Shown here piece by piece: positions 1-7,866 of a stretch of DNA of 64,000 bases. How positions within the stretch are numbered: position 1 is the first letter of the stretch; each line of letters begins with the position of its first letter. A model generated the notes under the pieces. That model worked only from the letters and a program-made list of their open reading frames with translations. It was not told the DNA's origin and made no database searches. A program made the translations under genes and the position numbers. Source of the stretch: a virus; IMG/VR virus record IMGVR_UViG_3300024255_000006, positions 1-64,000 of that record; one strand, 5' to 3'.

Positions 1-57
1 GATCTTGCTGCTGCTGAGTCAACACCTGTTGCACTCACCGCACCTTCTATCGGTTAA
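1..57 (+). CDS. psbA: Photosystem II D1 protein, 3' end only
   Basis: Frame 1 reads DLAAAESTPVALTAPSIG*, the D1 C-terminus; psbD follows. Confidence 0.95.
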   Translation, partial: DLAAAESTPVALTAPSIG

Positions 58-78
58 TATGGAACCTGGTAGTTTTCC

Positions 79-109
79 CCCCATCACAACACATGTGGTG
101 GGGTTTTTT
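79..109 (+). terminator. Intrinsic terminator after psbA
   Basis: CCCCATCAC/GTGGTGGGG stem followed by T6. Confidence 0.75.
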
Positions 110-153
110 ATAGCGGTATTATCAATTGCCGTTCCAATCATTTGTGTTCTATT

Positions 154-372
154 ATGAATGTAAAAACTAACGATTGGTTCACTTGTACTTCAAAGGAACC
201 ATATGATAGGCATCATTACCGATTGAATTTTTCAGATGGTTCCTATAGAATTTTCGAGTCTTGGGATCTAGTTCAAGCAGAATGGTACCAAAGACTTCCA
301 ACATCACTATCACATATAGATGTGTTGGACATTAAACAAAACACGAAAAAAACAAGTGGAGGATTTAAATAG
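154..372 (+). CDS. Hypothetical protein between psbA and psbD
   Basis: ORF 142..372, first ATG at 154, abuts the psbD start. Confidence 0.55.
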   Translation: MNVKTNDWFTCTSKEPYDRHHYRLNFSDGSYRIFESWDLVQAEWYQRLPTSLSHIDVLDIKQNTKKTSGGFK

Positions 373-1427
373 TGGTAGCATCAACTTTACAACAACAAAG
401 GAGGGGATGGTTTGATATCCTTGATGACTGGCTTAAACGTGATCGCTTTGTCTTTGTGGGCTGGTCTGGACTTCTTCTTCTTCCCACTGCTTATCTTGCA
501 ATTGGTGGCTGGATTACAGGCACGACGTTTGTTACGTCTTGGTACACCCACGGACTTGCAAGTTCGTACCTCGAAGGTGCTAATTTCCTTACAGCAGCTG
601 TGTCAACGCCTGCTGACGCTATGGGTCATTCTCTTCTTCTACTTTGGGGTCCTGAGGCTCAGGGAGATTTCGTCCGCTGGTGCCAACTTGGGGGACTCTG
701 GGCTTTTGTGGCTCTCCACGGTGCCTTCGCCCTCATTGGTTTCATGCTTCGTCAATTCGAGTTGGCTAGGTTAATTGGAATTCGTCCGTACAATGCTATT
801 GCGTTCTCTGGGCCTATCGCTGTTTTTGTCAGTGTGTTTCTCATCTATCCTCTCGGACAGTCCAGTTGGTTCTTTGCACCGTCGTTTGGTGTGTCTGCGA
901 TATTCCGCTTTCTACTCTTCCTACAGGGTTTCCATAACTGGACGCTCAACCCTTTCCATATGATGGGGGTTGCTGGTATCCTAGGTGGAGCATTGTTATC
1001 TGCTATTCATGGCGTAACTGTGGAGAATACTCTCTATGAAGATGGGGATCAAGCAAATACCTTTAAGGCTTTTGACTCTACGCAAGAGGAGGAGACTTAC
1101 TCGATGGTTACTGCGAACCGTTTCTGGTCACAGATCTTCGGTATTGCTTTTAGTAATAAGCGTTGGTTGCATTTCTTTATGCTCTTCGTTCCCGTCATGG
1201 GTCTCTGGACAAGTTCTATCGGTATTATTGGACTCGCTCTTAATCTTCGTGCTTACGACTTTGTATCTCAAGAGATTCGTGCAGCAGAAGACCCTGAGTT
1301 TGAGACTTTCTATACAAAAAACATTCTTCTGAATGAAGGACTCCGTGCATGGTTAGCACCAGTTGATCAACCACATGAAAACTTCATCTTCCCAGAAGAA
1401 GTTCTACCTAGAGGTAACGCACTGTGA
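372..1427 (+). CDS. psbD: Photosystem II D2 protein
   Basis: [30 protein letters not shown] and C-terminal [11 protein letters not shown]; 351 aa, uninterrupted. Confidence 0.99.
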   Translation: MVASTLQQQRRGWFDILDDWLKRDRFVFVGWSGLLLLPTAYLAIGGWITGTTFVTSWYTHGLASSYLEGANFLTAAVSTPADAMGHSLLLLWGPEAQGDFVRWCQLGGLWAFVALHGAFALIGFMLRQFELARLIGIRPYNAIAFSGPIAVFVSVFLIYPLGQSSWFFAPSFGVSAIFRFLLFLQGFHNWTLNPFHMMGVAGILGGALLSAIHGVTVENTLYEDGDQANTFKAFDSTQEEETYSMVTANRFWSQIFGIAFSNKRWLHFFMLFVPVMGLWTSSIGIIGLALNLRAYDFVSQEIRAAEDPEFETFYTKNILLNEGLRAWLAPVDQPHENFIFPEEVLPRGNAL

Positions 1428-1684
1428 TCAAAGCATTCTTCAGTTTTATATTTGCTGCGGTGATGTGGGTTCAAGTCCCACAGTGGAGCGATGACTGGAG
1501 TAAGTGCGCTGTTGATGTACCAGACACAGCATGTCATTGGTACATCACAGCACCCGATAACACCTTTGGTGAAGGATTTAGTTGGGCAAATGCCCCTTGG
1601 TTTAGTGCTGAAGGTCTCCGAGACATTGGAGAACTTCACGACACCATGACATCCCTACAAATAAATAATACTACCGATAGCTAA
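1424..1684 (+). CDS. Small exported or membrane hypothetical protein
   Basis: Hydrophobic N-terminus, [19 protein letters not shown]; GTGA overlap with psbD stop. Confidence 0.7.
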   Translation: MIKAFFSFIFAAVMWVQVPQWSDDWSKCAVDVPDTACHWYITAPDNTFGEGFSWANAPWFSAEGLRDIGELHDTMTSLQINNTTDS

Positions 1685-1690
1685 CAGTAA

Positions 1691-1960
1691 ATGAACGTAG
1701 TAAAACTTTTAGGCGAAGCAACATTGCTTACAACTACGCCAGATAATATTGACTCTGGAGAAAGAATTCTCCTTCAACATAATCATGTTGGTGGTAACGC
1801 TCACCTAGTAACACTCAAGAATGTTGGCGGCGATGTAATCGGTAGTGTATATGTTGCTCCCCATAGACCACTATTAATTGACAAAGAAAAAACTGATACA
1901 CTTGAAGTCATAAATGGCGTCAGTGATTTATATGCTACATCTGTTGCACACATGGGATAA
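1691..1960 (+). CDS. Hypothetical protein
   Basis: 89-aa ORF in a tight operon. Confidence 0.7.
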   Translation: MNVVKLLGEATLLTTTPDNIDSGERILLQHNHVGGNAHLVTLKNVGGDVIGSVYVAPHRPLLIDKEKTDTLEVINGVSDLYATSVAHMG

Positions 1961-1964
1961 CTAA

Positions 1965-2174
1965 ATGAATAGTTTTGAAGTCTTTCTTTATTTCACATGC
2001 TTCGCTCTCATTGCTGGTGGTGCTTTTGCTATGATGTGGGCAAACATTCAATCTATTAACATAGAGATGAGGACTCCTCCCAAACCAAAGCATCCTGAAG
2101 CACCACAAGCAGGTGAAGAACTGATGTATGTAGATTTATCTAGAGAAAAACTAGAAAATCTCTACAAGGACTAA
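1965..2174 (+). CDS. Small membrane protein, DUF2973-like
   Basis: N-terminal TM segment then MMWANIQSIN..HPE..GEELMYVD, resembles the cyanobacterial DUF2973 family. Confidence 0.6.
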   Translation: MNSFEVFLYFTCFALIAGGAFAMMWANIQSINIEMRTPPKPKHPEAPQAGEELMYVDLSREKLENLYKD

Positions 2175-2191
2175 CCTACCTCCTAGACACA

Positions 2192-2198
2192 ATAAATA
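2192..2198 (+). promoter_or_regulatory. T4-type late promoter
   Basis: ATAAATA in an intergenic gap. Confidence 0.5.
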
Positions 2199-2212
2199 AT
2201 CTATGATATACT

Positions 2213-2235
2213 AGGGGTCTTCGGACCCCCTTTTT
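2213..2235 (+). terminator. Intrinsic terminator
   Basis: GGGGTC-TTCG-GACCCC followed by a T run. Confidence 0.85.
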
Positions 2236-2238
2236 ATT

Positions 2239-2781
2239 ATGGAAGACTACATCTTTCCTATCAAACTTGTGTCGGAAAGAGTAACTGAATCATTCGATCT
2301 TGATAAATTTAAAAATATTATTCAAGATTATCGACAGGAACATCCGAGTGTTCAGAAAAGTAATATTGGGGGATGGCAGTCACAATTATTTCCATCTGAC
2401 GAATCTATTTCTGATGTGGTGCGTTCTGTTGCAGAGACTTACAAACGTGGAACTAGAATTGCAGAACTTGGTTTAGATTTAGAACTTAGTACATACTGGT
2501 TTAATGTAAACCCACCTGGAACATATAACAGTCTTCATATTCATCCAGGTGCTATTTTATCTGGAGTCTTCTGGGTATCATGTCCAGAAAATTGTGGTAG
2601 ACTTATCGTAAGACATCCAAATGAAATGGTAAACTATTACCTAGGACCAGATGAATTATCAATTGATCCACATGAAGGTCTACTAGTTTTGTTCCCGTCT
2701 TACCTACCACATCTTGTAGAACCTAACCAAGGTTCAGAAGATAGAATTTCTATATCATTTAACTTGACTATTAAACAATGA
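2239..2781 (+). CDS. 2OG-Fe(II) oxygenase (TIGR02466-like)
   Basis: WFNVN, HIH, SGVFWV, LFPSYLPH and RISISFN motifs. Confidence 0.85.
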   Translation: MEDYIFPIKLVSERVTESFDLDKFKNIIQDYRQEHPSVQKSNIGGWQSQLFPSDESISDVVRSVAETYKRGTRIAELGLDLELSTYWFNVNPPGTYNSLHIHPGAILSGVFWVSCPENCGRLIVRHPNEMVNYYLGPDELSIDPHEGLLVLFPSYLPHLVEPNQGSEDRISISFNLTIKQ

Positions 2782-3017
2782 AAATTACTGCACATACTAT
2801 TGATGGTTGCTTTTATTGTAACCAGTTGAAAGAACTTCTCAGACGAGCAGACCTACCTGCAGAGTTTATTTTAGTGGAAGACAAAGAAGAGTTTGTTAGC
2901 AAGTATCCAAACGCCAAAGGATATCCTTGGGTAATTATTGATGATGAAGAGGTTGGTGGACTGGTAGAAGTTGCAACTTTTTTAGTTAAAAAGGGTCTTG
3001 TGTCTTCTAAAAAATGA
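2778..3017 (+). CDS. Glutaredoxin
   Basis: CFYC active site, YPWV, GG motif. Confidence 0.85.
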   Translation: MKITAHTIDGCFYCNQLKELLRRADLPAEFILVEDKEEFVSKYPNAKGYPWVIIDDEEVGGLVEVATFLVKKGLVSSKK

Positions 3018-3181
3018 CTATAAATAAAGGAACAGAGTTGATGCTTAGGAGGACACCCAGGGAACCTGAATCAGAGTCCCCAGTGCTCAGAAGACTGGGA
3101 ACGGAGATCGCATTCTCCCTTCTACGTAGAAAGTTTCTATTTAAACTAGAACTTAGTTGGGAAAAACTACTAGACAACTAA
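3014..3181 (+). CDS. Hypothetical protein, 55 aa (absent from ORF track)
   Basis: ATG 3014 to TAA 3181, MTINKGTELMLRR...; overlaps the grx stop; contains TATAAATA at 3019. Confidence 0.6.
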   Translation: MTINKGTELMLRRTPREPESESPVLRRLGTEIAFSLLRRKFLFKLELSWEKLLDN

Positions 3182-3191
3182 GGAGTACGAC

Positions 3192-3422
3192 ATGGAAACG
3201 GCAACAATCCTATTCTTCTCGGCAACAGCATCATTTCTCTTTCTATGTGTCGGGATTGTCGCAGGGTGGACAGCAAAGGATTTCATGCATGATTACTTCG
3301 TATACGAAGAAGAACAGTTAACACATCCTGAAATGTATGATCAAAATGGTCAATACATAAACGAAGAACTATTATTTGTGAGATTTTTAGAGGAAGACGA
3401 CGATGAGACTTTTGATGAATGA
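3192..3422 (+). CDS. Small membrane hypothetical protein
   Basis: GGAG SD, TM helix, HPEMYD motif, acidic tail. Confidence 0.75.
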   Translation: METATILFFSATASFLFLCVGIVAGWTAKDFMHDYFVYEEEQLTHPEMYDQNGQYINEELLFVRFLEEDDDETFDE

Positions 3423-3834
3423 GGTACTGCAAAAGGTATCAAACGCAAAGACCAAGAAAGAAAAGATCGTGTTGCTGCAGGAGTACAACACTCCTGCACT
3501 TCGTTCTCTTCTAATTATTAATTTTGATGAGAGTATCATCTCCCTACTTCCCCAGGGTGATGTACCATTCATTCCCAACGATGCCCCAGAGGGCACAGAA
3601 CACACCAAACTAGAGCACGAGCATAGAATTCTTTACCACTTCTTTAAGGGCGGTTCTAAGGTCGCACAACACAAGCGCGAGTCCATGTTCATTCGCCTTC
3701 TTGAGGGATTGTCTGAACCAGAAGCGCGTATTATGATTCTTACAAAGGACAAGAAACTTGGTAAGCGTTATAAGATTACCAAACAATGTGTTGTTGAAGC
3801 CTACCCATCAATTGTTTGGGGAAATCGATCTTGA
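3403..3834 (+). CDS. Conserved T4-like phage hypothetical protein
   Basis: LLPQGDVPF, RESMFIRLLEGL..EA pattern common in T4-like phages. Confidence 0.75.
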   Translation: MRLLMNEVLQKVSNAKTKKEKIVLLQEYNTPALRSLLIINFDESIISLLPQGDVPFIPNDAPEGTEHTKLEHEHRILYHFFKGGSKVAQHKRESMFIRLLEGLSEPEARIMILTKDKKLGKRYKITKQCVVEAYPSIVWGNRS

Positions 3835-4085
3835 GTAAAGTAAGAGTAATTCGTGAAGATTGTGATCCAGAATTGGCGCAAGACAGAACACTTCCTAACA
3901 CCACATTTCTAATAGAGTATGAGAAGGATGGGAAAACTTGTTACGATATTTCTATTCCAAGAAAGATAGTGGACATGTTTGATTACTACTGGGACAAATA
4001 TAAACATGGACTAAAGGGATGGACTCAAACTGAAGGAAGATCTAACCCAAAACTATGGGTAGATCCACAAGATAAGAAAAAATAG
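3816..4085 (+). CDS. Hypothetical protein
   Basis: 89-aa ORF with GRSNPKLW motif, in operon. Confidence 0.7.
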   Translation: MGKSILSKVRVIREDCDPELAQDRTLPNTTFLIEYEKDGKTCYDISIPRKIVDMFDYYWDKYKHGLKGWTQTEGRSNPKLWVDPQDKKK

Positions 4086-4705
4086 TGCTTTATCAAAAAG
4101 AATATACAAGTATCTTCCACGTTCACATACCAAGAACTGCTGGAAGATACATTAGAAATATCTTTCTTGATAATAAATTTGATGGTAAGTATCTATCTTA
4201 TGATGAATTCTATAGAGGTATAGAAGTTCCTCACTTACATTATCCATTGTATAACGACCTTTCATATGTTGAAAACTCCAATCACTTTGCTGTGGTAAGA
4301 GATCCATTTGAAAGATTCAAGTCGTCAATGCAATTGATGATTAGAGCAATGAATTATCCAGTCGAATTGTATGATAAGTTAAAGGACAAAGATTGGTTAT
4401 TTAATTTTCTGAATCACTCTCGTGATTACAAACAGTATCATCAAAATCATTTTAGAAAACAATCTGATTTTATATCTGCAAGAACACACGTCTATAAATT
4501 TGAAGATGGATTAGGTATAGAACTCATAGACTGGTTGAATGATAGACTAAACCTAGATCTAAATCGGACTGAATACAGGTATGAAATCTTCCATCCTCAT
4601 TCGATTAGTGGCGAGGAGTTACCAAACAAAAAAGATATTGATCCCATAGTTGAGAATTGTATTAGAGATTATTACTCAGATGATTATGAGAATCTTAAGT
4701 ATTAA
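4085..4705 (+). CDS. Sulfotransferase-family protein
   Basis: FHVHIPRTAG (5'-PSB-like) and VRDPFERFKS (3'-PB-like) motifs. Confidence 0.75.
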   Translation: MLYQKEYTSIFHVHIPRTAGRYIRNIFLDNKFDGKYLSYDEFYRGIEVPHLHYPLYNDLSYVENSNHFAVVRDPFERFKSSMQLMIRAMNYPVELYDKLKDKDWLFNFLNHSRDYKQYHQNHFRKQSDFISARTHVYKFEDGLGIELIDWLNDRLNLDLNRTEYRYEIFHPHSISGEELPNKKDIDPIVENCIRDYYSDDYENLKY

Positions 4706-4709
4706 CACG

Positions 4710-4723
4710 GTATTTAATGTTAC
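4710..4723. promoter_or_regulatory. NtcA-like box
   Basis: GTA-TTTAATGT-TAC (GTA-N8-TAC) 3 nt upstream of a -35 element. Confidence 0.45.
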
Positions 4724-4726
4724 TAT

Positions 4727-4755
4727 TTGCACACACTAAATAGATATGGTATAAT
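4727..4755 (+). promoter_or_regulatory. sigma70-like promoter
   Basis: TTGCAC-17 nt-TATAAT; predicted start near 4762. Confidence 0.75.
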
Positions 4756-4762
4756 TACCATA

Positions 4763-4805
4763 CGTTCATCCCCCGCAAGGAGGACGCAAGTAAGTCGCGG
4801 AACGG
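4763..4805 (+). ncRNA. Glutamine-riboswitch-like element, copy 1 (glnA / Downstream-peptide class)
   Basis: P1 CGTTC/GAACG, P2 TCCCCC-GCAA-GGAGGA, linker CGCAAGTAAG. Confidence 0.6.
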
Positions 4806-4808
4806 AGC

Positions 4809-4991
4809 CGTTCATCCTATGTTAGAACTATTATTCTATTCATCACTCACCTGCCAACAAGCTGATACAATCATGCTGAGGATGGAAGCAAATGAGAATA
4901 TCTCAAATGCTTTTAAGGTAGAGTTGATTGAGGTCATGAAGGAGTCAACTCCTGATTGCTATCCATGGGACGCACACGACTGAAGGAACGG
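4809..4991 (+). ncRNA. Glutamine-riboswitch-like element, copy 2, with a large P2 insert
   Basis: CGTTCATC...GACGCACACGACTGAAGGAACG; P2 TCCTATG/CATGGGA encloses an ORF. Confidence 0.55.
4819..4983 (+). CDS. 54-aa hypothetical protein nested in riboswitch-like copy 2
   Basis: MLELLFYSSLTCQQAD...CYPWDAHD*, ATG 4819, TGA 4981-4983. Confidence 0.6.
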   Translation: MLELLFYSSLTCQQADTIMLRMEANENISNAFKVELIEVMKESTPDCYPWDAHD

Positions 4992-5024
4992 GGATTAAAA
5001 ACCCTAACTTCAGGAGACTGACAA

Positions 5025-5192
5025 ATGAACACACTGCAAATGATCAAGAAGCAGATCAACAAAGCATCTGCACTTCACGACGCACAGATTACCCACACTT
5101 CATATCGTGGTGTTGAGTATACTACACGTTGTGTCGAATTAAAGGAACCCCACGGCACATTCTGTTATCGTGGTCGTACCTACAGTAAGTGA
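5025..5192 (+). CDS. YRG-motif peptide, DUF4278 / GifB(IF17)-like
   Basis: 55 aa with SYRGVEY and CYRGRTY; CAGGAG SD; downstream of riboswitch-like RNA. Confidence 0.75.
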   Translation: MNTLQMIKKQINKASALHDAQITHTSYRGVEYTTRCVELKEPHGTFCYRGRTYSK

Positions 5193-5213
5193 GTTACTTG
5201 TAAACTTGTAAAC

Positions 5214-5238
5214 GAAGGGTTAACACCCTTCTTTTTTT
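5214..5238 (+). terminator. Intrinsic terminator
   Basis: GAAGGGT-TAAC-ACCCTTC followed by a T run. Confidence 0.85.
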
Positions 5239-5379
5239 GTGCCTATTTATTTTTAAGCATATTTACGGATGCTAAAATGTTAGCAAACCCTTATAATTAG
5301 ATATAGAAATGAGGATTAGTGATGTAAAAAATAACTCTTAGTTATGATTTAGTTTTATTCTATACCAAGGAGGTTTATC

Positions 5380-5550
5380 ATGCATAATCTAATACCATTC
5401 AATCAACTACATGAGTGGAGAAATTTTGAATCATCTGTAAAACAATCACAAGAGGAACTAGAAACAATTAATGAATACTATGAATGCTTAATCGAATGTC
5501 GAGAAGGTCAGTCATTGTGTAAACGTATTTGTAGGAGAATCTTAGCATAA
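5380..5550 (+). CDS. 56-aa protein with twin Cx3C motif
   Basis: AAGGAGG SD; YYECLIEC..CKRIC; followed by its own terminator. Confidence 0.75.
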   Translation: MHNLIPFNQLHEWRNFESSVKQSQEELETINEYYECLIECREGQSLCKRICRRILA

Positions 5551-5559
5551 TATCATCAC

Positions 5560-5584
5560 GAGGGGTTGCGACCCCTCTTTTTTT
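5560..5584 (+). terminator. Intrinsic terminator
   Basis: GAGGGG-TTGCGA-CCCCTC followed by T7. Confidence 0.85.
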
Positions 5585-5591
5585 GTGCTAA

Positions 5592-5599
5592 TATAAATA
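5592..5599 (+). promoter_or_regulatory. T4-type late promoter
   Basis: TATAAATA. Confidence 0.7.
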
Positions 5600-5617
5600 T
5601 CAAAAAGAAGAGGTAGC

Positions 5618-5782
5618 ATGGAAAGAGAAAGACTCAAACTCATCTACAGAAACCTCAAGTCCCTGCTCAATGCTTTAGAAGCAGAGATTTATTCAGACCC
5701 TGAATCCTATAAGTCTCGCCAAAAAGATGCTATAATAGGGTTTAGTGTTTCTTCAGACGATGATGACGGATACCCAGACTAA
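5618..5782 (+). CDS. Hypothetical protein, 54 aa
   Basis: GAGG SD; MERERLKLIYRNLKSLLNALEAEIYSD...DDDDGYPD*. Confidence 0.7.
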   Translation: MERERLKLIYRNLKSLLNALEAEIYSDPESYKSRQKDAIIGFSVSSDDDDGYPD

Positions 5783-6055
5783 ATGACCAGACTCAAAGAC
5801 CAAATTAGATTAGCGAAGATGGCTTTAAAACAAGCCAAGAAACACCCAGAACTGTATAAGAAAGAAGAACTTTTGTATATGGCAGTTCAACTTAAACGTG
5901 CTAAAATAGCACTAAAAGCAAAACAACAACGTCGTAGACAGGAGAAAGGTTTTAGTAATGACGCAAGTGAATCTAGTATCAATCACTCCCGAAGCGGAGA
6001 AGATGATGGGGTACGTAGCGAGGGTATCCAATCCAGCAAACCAGGAGAATCCTAA
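5783..6055 (+). CDS. Basic hypothetical protein
   Basis: Coupled to the upstream stop; 3' end overlaps thyX by 98 nt. Confidence 0.6.
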   Translation: MTRLKDQIRLAKMALKQAKKHPELYKKEELLYMAVQLKRAKIALKAKQQRRRQEKGFSNDASESSINHSRSGEDDGVRSEGIQSSKPGES

Positions 6056-6596
6056 GGTTGCTGGTCTTCTAAAGTATTGCATTAAGCATCAACACTGGTC
6101 TGTCTTTGAGCAAGCATACATGACGCTTGAGATCAACACCACCAGGGGACTGGCGGCTCAAATATTACGTCATAGAAGTTTTACATATCAAGAGTTTTCT
6201 CAAAGGTATGCTGATAGTTCTATGTTAGCAGACAAGATTCCTCTACCTGAACTACGCAGACAAGACACTAAGAATCGTCAGAACTCTATTGATGATATCG
6301 ATCCTTTTGTACGCCAAGAATTCCAAATCAAAATGCAAAAACATTTTGAAGATGGAATGAAACTCTATCAAGAAATGCTTGATAGAGATATTGCAAAGGA
6401 GTGTGCTAGATTTGTGCTTCCACTCGCCGTACCAACAAAAATTTACATGACGGGATCGATCAGGTCATGGATTCATTACATCGATCTGAGATCTGCTAAC
6501 GGCACACAAAAAGAACACATGGATATTGCGGAGGGAGCACGTAATATCTTTGTGGAACAACTACCTATCGTATCCGAGGCATTAGAATGGCAATGA
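5958..6596 (+). CDS. thyX: Flavin-dependent thymidylate synthase
   Basis: HWSVFEQ, QILRHRSFTYQEFSQRY, ARFVLP motifs. Confidence 0.97.
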   Translation: MTQVNLVSITPEAEKMMGYVARVSNPANQENPKVAGLLKYCIKHQHWSVFEQAYMTLEINTTRGLAAQILRHRSFTYQEFSQRYADSSMLADKIPLPELRRQDTKNRQNSIDDIDPFVRQEFQIKMQKHFEDGMKLYQEMLDRDIAKECARFVLPLAVPTKIYMTGSIRSWIHYIDLRSANGTQKEHMDIAEGARNIFVEQLPIVSEALEWQ

Positions 6597-6814
6597 CTGA
6601 CCCAATTACAGTAGAAGATTACAAGTGCGTGAGTGACGAGTTCTTTCAGAAGTATAACTATGTTGTAGAACGCATGGGTTCTGTGCCCCCAAAGGCAGAG
6701 GATGTTCTGAAGATTATGGAAGCACTCAGCGCACAAGTTATTAAAGAGAGAGTCAAGAGTAAGATCGGACCTTTTGGTTTTAACAAATGCAAAAGTGAAG
6801 ATGCGAATCCATAA
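6587..6814 (+). CDS. Hypothetical protein
   Basis: 75-aa coupled ORF. Confidence 0.65.
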   Translation: MAMTDPITVEDYKCVSDEFFQKYNYVVERMGSVPPKAEDVLKIMEALSAQVIKERVKSKIGPFGFNKCKSEDANP

Positions 6815-6862
6815 ATCTGGATAAATTTTTCCCGCTAAAAAATGACCTAAAACCTTTTTCAT

Positions 6863-7105
6863 ATGCCTACCTATCCTATAAAACATAAAGAAACTGGAGA
6901 GAAAAAAGAACTCTCCATGACAATTGCTCAATACGAAGAGTGGAGAAAAGAAAACCCTGACTGGGATAAAGATTGGTCTGCAGGTGTCGCAGGCGTCGGT
7001 GAAGTCGGGGAGTGGCGTGATAAAATGTCGAAGACACATCCTGGATGGAAGGATGTGATGAAAAAAGTTCAACAAGTCCCAGGTTCTCAAATTAAAGGTT
7101 GGTAA
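6863..7105 (+). CDS. Conserved hypothetical protein, FmdB-like N-terminus
   Basis: MPTY start; precedes phoH as in other cyanomyoviruses. Confidence 0.7.
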   Translation: MPTYPIKHKETGEKKELSMTIAQYEEWRKENPDWDKDWSAGVAGVGEVGEWRDKMSKTHPGWKDVMKKVQQVPGSQIKGW

Positions 7106-7110
7106 ACAGT

Positions 7111-7866
7111 ATGCCTAGAAAGCAAAAGCAGTACACGATTCCCGTTCCTCCAGGTATGAGTAAGAAGCAGATGAAACGTCGTCGTCCTATCAACAGCGGG
7201 TATCTTCTCGACATCAATCCACTCACAGATAATCAAGAGATTATGTTCACTGAGTGGGAAGACAATAAGAACTTGTTTGTCTATGGTTGTGCTGGTACAG
7301 GTAAAACTTTCATCGCACTTTACTTAGCACTGAAGGAAGTTCTTGAAGAAGATTCTCCTTACGATAAGGTGTATATTGTCCGCTCACTAGTTGCTACTCG
7401 TGAGATTGGGTTTCTTCCTGGAGATCATGAAGACAAGTCATCTCTCTACCAGATTCCTTATAAGAATATGGTTAAGCATATGTTTGAGATGCCTGACGAC
7501 AATAGTTTTGAGATGCTGTATGCAAACCTCAAGAGTCAGGAAACTATTTCATTCTGGAGCACATCTTTCCTTCGCGGCACTACTCTAGACAATGCTATTG
7601 TCCTCGTAGATGAGTGCCAGAACCTGAACTTCCACGAACTTGATAGTCTTATCACTCGTATTGGTCAAGACTCCAAAGTTATTTTTGCAGGTGACGTTGC
7701 ACAGACTGACCTACAAAAGAGTGCAGAAAAAGATGGCATCCTTGATTTCCAGAGGATCCTCAGAGAGATGGATGAATTCTCTATGATTGAATTCGGTATT
7801 GAAGACATCGTTAGATCTGGTCTAGTGAAGTCTTATCTTGTGAACAAAATTAACCTCGGTCTATGA
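7111..7866 (+). CDS. phoH: PhoH family ATPase
   Basis: GCAGTGKT Walker A, EIGFLPGD, LRGTTL, DECQN, GDVAQTD. Confidence 0.96.
   Translation: MPRKQKQYTIPVPPGMSKKQMKRRRPINSGYLLDINPLTDNQEIMFTEWEDNKNLFVYGCAGTGKTFIALYLALKEVLEEDSPYDKVYIVRSLVATREIGFLPGDHEDKSSLYQIPYKNMVKHMFEMPDDNSFEMLYANLKSQETISFWSTSFLRGTTLDNAIVLVDECQNLNFHELDSLITRIGQDSKVIFAGDVAQTDLQKSAEKDGILDFQRILREMDEFSMIEFGIEDIVRSGLVKSYLVNKINLGL

Noticed and set aside
142-372. Possible homing endonuclease between psbA and psbD
   Set aside because: Only about 72 aa, with no HNH, GIY-YIG or endonuclease VII motif
372-1427. Group I intron in psbD
   Set aside because: The ORF is continuous and full length
5958-6055. 98-nt overlap of ORF 5783 with thyX as functional dual coding
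   Set aside because: The tail looks like low-information read-through after a lost stop; no motif
6476-7090. 204-aa minus-strand ORF
   Set aside because: Antisense to three well-supported plus-strand genes; atypical composition
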